IMG/VR virus record: IMGVR_UViG_3300023252_000178
Coordinates: 1 to 33,495 of that record
DNA length: 33,495 nt
From: a virus
Taxonomy: Duplodnaviria; Caudoviricetes
Strand: one strand, 5' to 3'
Below the pieces are notes generated by a model that was not told where the DNA came from, ran no database searches, and saw nothing but the letters and a program-made list of their open reading frames with translations. The translations under genes were made by a program, and so were the position numbers. Shown here one piece after another: positions 7,608 to 14,673 of this stretch. The first letter of the stretch is position 1, and every line of letters starts with the position of its first letter.

Positions 7608-8408
7608 TCAGGCCTTCCCGACCAATTTGGCCAATTCGAGGAAGCGATCGACGTACCAGTGAGGCTGCGTTTCGCGGGGGGATTGGGGGCTGGTGAGGTT
7701 CTTGCCGTAGGCGAGGCCCTTATCAGTGATCGACCAGAACGGAACGACCTCCTGCTTCGAGTTCTTGCGGGTCAACACCTTGAGGTAGCCGGCGGCTTCG
7801 AGCTTCTTGTTGAAGGACACGACTGAGCCGCCCAGGCCGAAGTCTTTCAGCAGTGCGGTCGCAGACTTGGTGGGCATCGAAGAGCCGCCAGCGGAATCCG
7901 GCGCGGCATCGACGGCGTAGCCTGGGAGAAACTTCGGATCAAGGCCGTTGTTCTCGGCGATCTTCGTCAGCATGAGCATCTGGCTGGACGGTGCAGGCTT
8001 CAGCAGGCGCGTGAAGCACTCCATGATGGCGATCTCGCCGATCACCTTCGTTCCATTCGCCGTGACGGCTTCTCGTGACGCGGACTGCTGCTCGAGTTCG
8101 TGCCAGCGACGGATGACCCTCATGCGCAGGCCGGCGCTGTAACCGGTGAGCAAGCAGTCTGTGTGCTCACGATCAAGCAGATATTCGGTTTGCTCGCGGT
8201 TACGGCCGTCGAGGTAGATGTGAGCAAAACTGCTCACATTAACTTTCAGCTCGGAAGCCATGGTTTGGATGTCGCGCTTGACGTCTGGATGACGCTTACC
8301 AGTCAGGTTCGCGATCTCACGCGAAGACATAGTGCGCGCCACGTTTTGTTGAGTATGAAAACGTGGCGCGGCTTCTGGGGTATTGATCAAGGTTTGATGG
8401 CTGTGCAT
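7608..8408 (-). CDS. Rha-family regulator fused to an antirepressor-type C-terminal domain
   Basis: MSSREIANLTGKRHPDVKRDI (Rha N-terminus); SATALLK...FNKKLEAAGYL...WSITDKGLAYG C-terminus; GAGG SD before 8408. Confidence 0.85.
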   Translation of the reverse strand: MHSHQTLINTPEAAPRFHTQQNVARTMSSREIANLTGKRHPDVKRDIQTMASELKVNVSSFAHIYLDGRNREQTEYLLDREHTDCLLTGYSAGLRMRVIRRWHELEQQSASREAVTANGTKVIGEIAIMECFTRLLKPAPSSQMLMLTKIAENNGLDPKFLPGYAVDAAPDSAGGSSMPTKSATALLKDFGLGGSVVSFNKKLEAAGYLKVLTRKNSKQEVVPFWSITDKGLAYGKNLTSPQSPRETQPHWYVDRFLELAKLVGKA

Positions 8409-8432
8409 ACTTGCCTCACTCGTTTTGCAAAT

Positions 8433-8457
8433 AGCCACCCTGCCCGGTGGCTTTTTT
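8433..8457 (+). terminator. Intrinsic terminator on the antisense (+) strand between cII and rha
   Basis: AGCCACC-CTGCCC-GGTGGCT-TTTTT. Confidence 0.7.
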
Positions 8458-8468
8458 GTGTCTGAAAC

Positions 8469-8891
8469 TCAGGCGACCTTTACGGACTGCTTGAATACTT
8501 CCAGGCTGACGATCACCTCGTCGGCTTCCTTGATCAGCTCCGACTTCTCACGCGAGCACACATGGCCATCGGACTGCGCGTCATGAGCCAGACGAGTGAC
8601 GTCAGCCAGGTCGACGTGCAGACGCATCAGCGCTGAGTTCAGATCTGTCGGCTTCGGCTTATCGCGAGCAACCAGGTCGAACCCGAATTCGGACGCCAGC
8701 GCGATCAGCGGCCGCATATCGCCCGTGTGCAGCAGCACGCCATACAGGTGCTCAATGGTCAGGTGATGGGCATCGTTGTCCGGGTTCGCGCGTTGCAGCA
8801 GGCTCACGTGCGGAACACCCATCTTCGCGGCCAGTGCCTTGGGCTCGTTGCCCTTCACCGCCGACTGGCACGCATCCAGAAAGTCTTCCAT
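8469..8891 (-). CDS. Phage regulatory CII-family protein
   Basis: KALAAKMGVPHVSLLQRANPDNDAHHLTIEHL; lies downstream of cro. Confidence 0.8.
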   Translation of the reverse strand: MEDFLDACQSAVKGNEPKALAAKMGVPHVSLLQRANPDNDAHHLTIEHLYGVLLHTGDMRPLIALASEFGFDLVARDKPKPTDLNSALMRLHVDLADVTRLAHDAQSDGHVCSREKSELIKEADEVIVSLEVFKQSVKVA

Positions 8892-8974
8892 TCGTAAAAC
8901 CCCGTTACGTTTTCAGTGGTGGCTCAGTGCCAACACCGGGATGATTCGGTTATCAACTGATCAAGGACGTATCC

Positions 8975-9181
8975 ATGACCAACTCTTCCGAACTGCAAGG
9001 CGAGATAACCGCCCTCTGCTGCTTTGTGGGTGCCTTGGCATCCACCCTGCCCCTGTCTTCTCAGATGAGGCTCTGGCCTGCGTTCGAGCAGAAGGCCAGT
9101 CAGTTGCGTGATCAGTTGAGCCAAGAGGCTCTGCGCGGCTTCGAACTGGCGACGATCTCGCTCAGCTCGAAGCGCGGTTAG
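8975..9181 (+). CDS. Hypothetical 68-aa protein, convergent with cro
   Basis: AAGGA SD; 4-nt tail-to-tail overlap with cro. Confidence 0.6.
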   Translation: MTNSSELQGEITALCCFVGALASTLPLSSQMRLWPAFEQKASQLRDQLSQEALRGFELATISLSSKRG

Positions 9182-9372
9182 GCTGCCGTCCTCTGGGATG
9201 GAAACGGACGCTGCTCCAGCGCCGTAAGACTTCCGTCCTCATTACAGAAAACAACGACGTCTCGGCCGACTCTGATGGCCTTGCTCAAGGCTCCTTGAGT
9301 GCAGCCAAGCATCTGCGCGGCCTTGGTATGGCCGTGCTCTTTTGCGAATTCAGAAAGCGGGATACGGCGCAT
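9178..9372 (-). CDS. cro: Cro repressor (lambda Cro family)
   Basis: MRRIPLSEFAKEHGHTKAAQMLGCTQGALSKAIRVGR...RPFPS closely parallels lambda Cro; GAGGA SD. Confidence 0.92.
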   Translation of the reverse strand: MRRIPLSEFAKEHGHTKAAQMLGCTQGALSKAIRVGRDVVVFCNEDGSLTALEQRPFPSQRTAA

Positions 9373-9403
9373 TGCGACGTCCTCTATGTGTTTGCTCAAT
9401 GCC

Positions 9404-9475
9404 AGTATGACCGCCGGTATTGTTTGCAGTCAATACCGGCGATATTGGTTGCGCGAATACCGCAGGTATTATGAT
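9404..9475. promoter_or_regulatory. OR region: three 15-bp operators, pR and pRM
   Basis: ATGACCGCCGGTATT 9407-21, AATACCGGCGATATT 9432-46, AATACCGCAGGTATT 9456-70; pR (-) TTGACT-18-CATACT; pRM -10 TATGAT 9470-75. Confidence 0.88.
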
Positions 9476-9481
9476 TTGTGG

Positions 9482-10288
9482 ATGACTAAAGACTCTCGAA
9501 GACTGCCGCTTGCCGATTGGCAACTGGAAGACAGCGACCGCCTGAAGGAAATATTTCAGAGCAAGCGCGCGGCCTTAAAGCTCACTCAGGAAAAGCTCGC
9601 TGAGGGGTTGGGTGACGGCGTTACGCAGGGCGCGATCAGCCATTTCATGAATCGCAGGACTGCTCTCAGCCTCAAGGCTGTTGCAGTGTTTGCGAAAATG
9701 CTTGATGTGAAAATCGAAGACATAAGCCCTACCTTGGCGCGCCAGATCGGCGAGCTGGGCCTTGCCGCTCCTGCCGACGCGAAACATTCGCTCAGCACAA
9801 ACTCAAGAACAGCCGCAAACACCCCCTTCCCTGTCGGCGGCGACACTGAAGCGGCCGATGACAAGTACGCTCACATTCCTCAGTACAGCGCAAAGGCTGC
9901 TGCTGGTCTGGGTCACGAAAACCCGCACGTTGAAACACTGGCCACGCTCGCTTTCAAGCTGGACTGGCTGCGTACCAAGGGTGTGAAGGCTGAAAACCTG
10001 CTGGTGATCTATGCCGAGGGCGAGAGCATGTGGCCGACCATCAATGACCATGACGTGCTCTTGGTGGATAAGTCGAAGATCGAGCCGGCCGACGGGCATG
10101 TGTTTGTCCTGACGAGCACCGATCGAGGCGCGATCGTGAAGCGCCTGGTCCAGTCACCTCTGGGTGGATGGATCATCCGGAGCGACAACGAGGACAAGGA
10201 AGAGTACGGCGATCTGCTGCTGTCGCGGAGTGACGTGAACGAGCATCGCATCATTGGCAGAGTCATATGGCGTGGCGGTGACTTGTGA
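9482..10288 (+). CDS. cI: CI repressor (HTH + S24 peptidase)
   Basis: LTQEKLAEGLGDGVTQGAISHFM HTH; AAAG cleavage site; GESMWPTI catalytic Ser; IVKRL Lys; divergent from cro. Confidence 0.95.
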   Translation: MTKDSRRLPLADWQLEDSDRLKEIFQSKRAALKLTQEKLAEGLGDGVTQGAISHFMNRRTALSLKAVAVFAKMLDVKIEDISPTLARQIGELGLAAPADAKHSLSTNSRTAANTPFPVGGDTEAADDKYAHIPQYSAKAAAGLGHENPHVETLATLAFKLDWLRTKGVKAENLLVIYAEGESMWPTINDHDVLLVDKSKIEPADGHVFVLTSTDRGAIVKRLVQSPLGGWIIRSDNEDKEEYGDLLLSRSDVNEHRIIGRVIWRGGDL

Positions 10289-10317
10289 TTCCTTGTAAAT
10301 ATACCTAGGACGATATA

Positions 10318-10740
10318 TTGTACGAGCTTATCGTTGGTGATGAGGCCACGCAGGATCTAGAGGATCTTTTGCTTCTGAAGCCGGAAGCCGGCTACCGGTT
10401 GGCTGTCCTGCTTGAAGAGATGTCCGGCAGCCAGGATCTCTTGGAGAAGCTGTCGTGGGACCACTACGGGGGAAAGCCTCACGCCCCAGAAAAGGGAGCG
10501 ATCCTTAGCGTTGCCAAATGGCTCGGCCCATACAGGAACGGAAAGAATATTTGGCGGCTAAGGGATTTTGAGCTGTCAAAGCTTGGTCATGAGTATCGAA
10601 TTATCTACGCATACATCCCGGCAAAAGATCTCTATTACGTACTCGCGATTGTCGAAAGGGCATTCAACTATGATTCAGCACATCCAATCTCACAGCGCGT
10701 CTTCGCAACCTATGACCGCCTTGAGGCAGACGGCTGGTAG
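10318..10740 (+). CDS. RelE/HigB-like toxin
   Basis: YELIVGDEATQDLEDL...IWRLRDF...EYRIIYAY...YYVLAIVER fits the RelE/ParE pattern; TTG start with AGGA SD. Confidence 0.75.
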   Translation: MYELIVGDEATQDLEDLLLLKPEAGYRLAVLLEEMSGSQDLLEKLSWDHYGGKPHAPEKGAILSVAKWLGPYRNGKNIWRLRDFELSKLGHEYRIIYAYIPAKDLYYVLAIVERAFNYDSAHPISQRVFATYDRLEADGW

Positions 10741-11152
10741 TCCATCAGGCACTGCTACCACTGGCGTTGTGGTGAGAATAGAAAAGGCAGTTCTGCCGAT
10801 CCCATTGGCGCAGAAGAACACTGCTTTTTCGAAACTAATGAATCGTCTCAATTCCGCCGATGAGCATAAAGCGGGCATGGCTGAAGCTAGGACCTGGGTT
10901 GCCGAAAAGGTTTTGGCTGAGGAAGGCGATACCATCAGAACCCTCCGACTCAAGAAAGGGCTGAATCAAACCCAGTTCGCCTCTCTGTTAGGCACCACCC
11001 AGGCGCAGGTTGCACGCATTGAGAAAGGAAACACAGACCCTCAAAGGTCGACGTGTAAGAAGCTGCGCGAGGTCCTTGGTATCTCGGCAGACAAGCTAGA
11101 AGAAATCATGGACCGACAAGAACAGGCTTACCAATTGAAGGCAAGAAAATGA
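10670..11152 (+). CDS. XRE-family HTH antitoxin (HigA-like); start uncertain (10670/10712/10838)
   Basis: TIRTLRLKKGLNQTQFASLLGTTQAQVARIEKGNTDP is a classic HTH_3; lies downstream of the toxin. Confidence 0.8.
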   Translation: MIQHIQSHSASSQPMTALRQTAGSPSGTATTGVVVRIEKAVLPIPLAQKNTAFSKLMNRLNSADEHKAGMAEARTWVAEKVLAEEGDTIRTLRLKKGLNQTQFASLLGTTQAQVARIEKGNTDPQRSTCKKLREVLGISADKLEEIMDRQEQAYQLKARK

Positions 11153-11583
11153 CACGCTTCGCTCATGCTATTTATTGCGACGACATCAGAAACGAGGTCA
11201 ATGGCAAGCATTCTCTGATGGGTATCTTCGGAAACCTGATGTATCTGAGCGCCTTCCCTTCAGTACTCCCTAAGCTGTGCGCGGTGATCACTGCGTGCAC
11301 AACCATAGATCGACCGTTTGAGTCGATCACGTTTACAGGAACGATGGATGGCACCGTTGTTTTTGAAATGGGTCTTGATAAGGATCAAATGGAGCAGATG
11401 CGTAAGGCCGGCGGCGTAATTGAAGATGCTAAGGGGTCCGAAGCAAAGGCGATGATCGTCCTTTCACCAATGCACATTACTGGCCCAACAAAGCTGGAGA
11501 TAACCATCCTGGCTGATGGGGAGACAATCCCTTGCGCCGGGCTCCAGATTTCGCAAGCGCCGGAAGGTTTAGCAATTTTGTGA
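11149..11583 (+). CDS. DUF6941-like beta-rich protein
   Basis: AIYCDDIRNEVNGKHSLMGIF N-terminus recalled as the DUF6941 signature; ATGA overlap with the antitoxin. Confidence 0.7.
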   Translation: MTRFAHAIYCDDIRNEVNGKHSLMGIFGNLMYLSAFPSVLPKLCAVITACTTIDRPFESITFTGTMDGTVVFEMGLDKDQMEQMRKAGGVIEDAKGSEAKAMIVLSPMHITGPTKLEITILADGETIPCAGLQISQAPEGLAIL

Positions 11584-11599
11584 GCAAACGAGTCTATCC

Positions 11600-11624
11600 A
11601 AAGCCCGCCTTGAGCGGGCTTTTT
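11600..11624 (+). terminator. Intrinsic terminator ending the cI-accessory transcript
   Basis: AAAGCCCGC-CTTGA-GCGGGCTTT-TT. Confidence 0.8.
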
Positions 11625-11661
11625 AGTGCCCGTCTATTGCCAATCACTTGGATCCTTTTTA

Positions 11662-11677
11662 CTGTATATCCATACAG
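11662..11677. promoter_or_regulatory. LexA (SOS) box
   Basis: CTGTATATCCATACAG matches the gammaproteobacterial CTGT-N8-ACAG consensus. Confidence 0.85.
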
Positions 11678-11696
11678 CTAACCAAGGAGGAACCAT

Positions 11697-11948
11697 ATGG
11701 CAAAGCAGAAATCCCAAGCACCGAAAGAACCGACTTCCTACGAATTGCTCGGCATGCGCGTACAGCGCGCCATCAACACGCCCAAGGCTCAGTTATCGAA
11801 ATCCGTACTGCTCGAACGATCTGCGAATGATGATCCGGCCGACTGGGATCGCATCCTGGATGAGATCGCTGAGAACGACAACGTGACCATCGCCCATCGA
11901 GACGACGGCCTGATACAGCTCTTCTGGACTGTGCCGAAAGAAGATTGA
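11697..11948 (+). CDS. DUF1654-family protein
   Basis: SYELLGMRVQRAINTPKAQ...DWDRILDEIAENDNVTIAHRDDG; strong AAGGAGG SD. Confidence 0.8.
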   Translation: MAKQKSQAPKEPTSYELLGMRVQRAINTPKAQLSKSVLLERSANDDPADWDRILDEIAENDNVTIAHRDDGLIQLFWTVPKED

Positions 11949-11964
11949 TCAGATTCCATCAAGG

Positions 11965-11990
11965 AGCCCGCCTTTGCTGCGGGCTTTTCT
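11965..11990. terminator. Terminator between DUF1654 and the convergent lipoprotein gene
   Basis: AGCCCGC-CTTTGCT-GCGGGCT-TTTCT. Confidence 0.7.
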
Positions 11991-12004
11991 GTAAAAACAG
12001 GTTT

Positions 12005-12652
12005 CTACTTATCCTGGAGGACAACGATCCCTTTGAGCTTCTGTTTCTTTTCCAGGCTTTCACGCCTTGCTTCTGCCACATTGCGGTCGTCAAATGGCCC
12101 TGCAAAAACCCTGATAACGCCATCCTTCTCTGATCGGTAAGCATTGACGCCTGCAGACTGGAGCTCTCTTTCGACTGCAAAGGCTTTGCTTGTGCTGCTC
12201 AGCGAAGCGATCTGAATCGACCACTTGCCAGTATTTGCCTGGCTTGCTGACGTCGCGGCTAGCTCCCCTAAATCACACACGCCAGACCAGTAGTACTTCT
12301 GAAAAAATGTCCTTCCATCCCCAGAATCATGCGCATTAATCCCCTCCTCAAGCTGAACATCGCTCACGCTAATGCTGCCCTGCTTGGAATAGCTGATGTT
12401 CGCCGAAAAGCGGCGCTCGCCCGAATAGCCGCCGAACGAATTCTTAGAATTCACCGCCCCGCACAAACGGCCATAGTGTGTATCTCCGATGGACTTATCC
12501 TCCTTCAAGAAAGCACCGCTGAACTTCGCGGAATCCGAATCCTTTAGCACTGAGGCGACCATATCCTGGCCCTTGCTAACCGCCATCCCCTGATCCATAT
12601 CACAACCTGATAGCGCAAGCATCGCGCAAATCATTAATCCATGAGCACGCAT
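12005..12652 (-). CDS. Lipoprotein with a C-terminal SPOR domain
   Basis: Lipobox LALSG-C; CGAVNSKNSFGGYSG motif; WSIQIASLSS...RVFAGPFDDRNVAE (SPOR); GAGGA SD. Confidence 0.85.
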   Translation of the reverse strand: MRAHGLMICAMLALSGCDMDQGMAVSKGQDMVASVLKDSDSAKFSGAFLKEDKSIGDTHYGRLCGAVNSKNSFGGYSGERRFSANISYSKQGSISVSDVQLEEGINAHDSGDGRTFFQKYYWSGVCDLGELAATSASQANTGKWSIQIASLSSTSKAFAVERELQSAGVNAYRSEKDGVIRVFAGPFDDRNVAEARRESLEKKQKLKGIVVLQDK

Positions 12653-12737
12653 ACGCGGCCCTCCTCTGGCCAAATTCGAGCCCGGATATTACCAGTTTAC
12701 CTTTCTGAGGCAGTTTCAATGCTTTTGAAAAAAATAC

Positions 12738-12780
12738 ATGACCGGAGGTATTGACCTACCCACAATACCGGCGGTATTGT
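12738..12780 (+). promoter_or_regulatory. OL operators and pL promoter
   Basis: ATGACCGGAGGTATT 12738-52 and AATACCGGCGGTATT 12764-78 share the OR consensus; TTGACC-18-TATTGT. Confidence 0.88.
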
Positions 12781-12833
12781 TTACCCATCGCAGCGACAAA
12801 CCAACGGTGCGACAGGGACTCAAGAGACCCGCA

Positions 12834-12845
12834 GCTCTTTAACAA
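12834..12845 (+). promoter_or_regulatory. boxA antitermination element
   Basis: GCTCTTTAACAA about 50 nt into the pL transcript, after two hairpins. Confidence 0.8.
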
Positions 12846-13107
12846 CATGCGCCATGAACGACTACCCGGCCAAACCGGTTAGGTCACTCCCGGCACCATC
12901 GGTGGGAGGTCAGTAAACCGAAGGAAACAAACCGCTGCGCTTGTGAGGCGACCGGCACCAGATGAAAGCCATTGAGGGGCTCAGTCTGGTGAGGTGATGA
13001 CCGAACTGTGCGAATGACCCTGACGGGCGCAGTGAGTGACAAGACCGAGAGATTCACTGAAGCACCTGGGCGACCGGGTGCTTTGGGAATCCACTGGAGG
13101 CAACAAC

Positions 13108-13350
13108 ATGAGTACGTCCGCATTTGAAGCAAGCGACGAGACGGTCAGCGAAGCTGCAGCGTCCTGCGCAAGGCTGTTGGAAAAGTGGTTCGGTGGCGTC
13201 GACGAGGCGATTGCAGCACTTGAGGCCGACCCTGCCGACTTGGCTGATCTTGTGATGCGCAGCCACATCAAGCAGCGCCGCGACATGACGGTTAAAACGC
13301 ACATGAACATTCAGGCTTTCAGCCGTGAGGTTCTAGGACAGGTCGCATGA
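13108..13350 (+). CDS. Hypothetical early protein (80 aa)
   Basis: GGAGG SD; first ORF of the pL operon. Confidence 0.7.
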   Translation: MSTSAFEASDETVSEAAASCARLLEKWFGGVDEAIAALEADPADLADLVMRSHIKQRRDMTVKTHMNIQAFSREVLGQVA

Positions 13351-13410
13351 CGATTTCACTGGCTGGCCATGGAGACAGGGCCAGACGGGAAATCAAACGG
13401 AGTCAGCAGC

Positions 13411-13683
13411 ATGCAAATCAGCCAAAAGAAAACAGTTCAGGGCGACGTGACCTTGCTCAAGTTGCACCTCAAGGTCAGCGATCGCTTCACCGCAGGCTTG
13501 TTCGATGCACAGGGTGGCGAGGTCGGAAGCTTTGAAGGTTACGTGCCTGACTTCTTCCCCGGCAATCACTACGGCGATTACGTGATGCTGGATATCGATT
13601 TGGAAACGGGCCAGATCAAGAATTGGAAAAAGCCCGCGGCCGACGACATCGAAAAGATGCTCGATGCGGGCGATGAAGACTGA
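13411..13683 (+). CDS. Conserved-looking phage hypothetical protein (90 aa)
   Basis: GGAG SD; GYVPDFFPGNHYGDYVMLDIDLETGQIKNW. Confidence 0.75.
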   Translation: MQISQKKTVQGDVTLLKLHLKVSDRFTAGLFDAQGGEVGSFEGYVPDFFPGNHYGDYVMLDIDLETGQIKNWKKPAADDIEKMLDAGDED

Positions 13684-13692
13684 ACCATCCTC

Positions 13693-14056
13693 CTGCGCAT
13701 TCCCAGAGTGCGCAGTAAATAACACCGACAGCGCTAACAGACCGTACTGGGTGCCTAATCCGGGTGAATGTCTGTTCCGATCACCTCGAAAGAGGCTGCA
13801 TCGGAGAGCGCCTCGAATCGTCCGGATCAAATGTCGTTACCGGCGAGACGCTCTACCGATGCAGATGAAGCAACAAGCGCAGGCTGATGCGTGGGTTTGA
13901 AAACTAACAGTTCCCGAGAGTGATCGCTGACCGGCTAAGTACTATTTTATGCCCGCGCGGTACCGGCTCGTAATAACTGGCATTGCGGTAGCCGAAAGGC
14001 GTTGACCGCGGCATGACTCTCAACCCGGAGATCAGCACCGGGCTCTGCATCACCCA
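13693..14056 (+). ncRNA. Candidate structured RNA cluster in the pL operon
   Basis: Several perfect stems, two GAAA tetraloops, complementary loops GCTGA/TCAGC; no credible ORF. Confidence 0.55.
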
Positions 14057-14074
14057 TCAAAAACGGAGACTCAC

Positions 14075-14218
14075 ATGCTCCAAATCATCCTGATCGGCGC
14101 AGCGCTCAGCCATGTGCGGCCAGAACCGCACTCTGAAAGCGGCCAGCCAACCGATCCACAGCGCTTCATTCGTGAACGCTGGCGAACGATCACCGGGGTC
14201 GCAGCGTTCTGGAGCTGA
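14075..14218 (+). CDS. Small hypothetical protein (47 aa)
   Basis: GGAGA SD; MLQIILIGAALSHVRPEP...GVAAFWS. Confidence 0.5.
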   Translation: MLQIILIGAALSHVRPEPHSESGQPTDPQRFIRERWRTITGVAAFWS

Positions 14219-14486
14219 CTTCCCCGCCAAAAAAACCCGTGTGGTGCCGTAAGCCTGAAGGCGGCGCCCATCATCTGGCAGGCAGCGGACAGTAGGGCCG
14301 TCGATGTCACCGCGCATCGGCCGAAAGGTAGGCCCACCCCTCGCAGCACATCGAAACAGTGCCCGCACATGCGGAACTCCTACCCCATATCGAACACACC
14401 CACATGCAACCCCTCCGCTGCCCCTTGGCCGTTCGCGTTCTTGTGGTTGCAGCTGAGTGTGTTTGGTCAATCTCAGAGAGAGAACC

Positions 14487-14651
14487 ATGAGCGTTAGCGA
14501 ATGCGTGGCCAGGGCCCGAAGCCAAAATTACCGAGTGTTGTTTGGAAAAAAACACGGCCCAGACTCAATGGTTCTGCGGGCAAGGGTCAGTCGCGATTAT
14601 TGGATGGCCATGGCTCGACACCAAAAACTTAATACTCCAATCCCTGCCTGA
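14487..14651 (+). CDS. Small basic hypothetical protein
   Basis: GAGAG-rich SD, co-oriented with the pL operon. Confidence 0.55.
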   Translation: MSVSECVARARSQNYRVLFGKKHGPDSMVLRARVSRDYWMAMARHQKLNTPIPA

Positions 14652-14673
14652 TCCAGCGCCTACGGAGGCGACG

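Noticed and set aside
6548-7696. 382-aa + strand ORF
   Set aside because: Shadow of the replication initiator on the opposite strand; no motifs
9299-9481. N-terminal extension of cI in the ORF track
   Set aside because: Overlaps cro and the OR operators; ATG 9482 fits a pRM-type start
13880-14020. Hammerhead, pistol or twister ribozyme
   Set aside because: CTGATGC is not the CUGANGA core, and I could not build the pistol or twister consensus by eye; a covariance-model search is needed
14057-14555. Minus-strand ORFs across the structured region
   Set aside because: No RBS or protein-like features; the + strand small ORFs and RNA structure explain the region better
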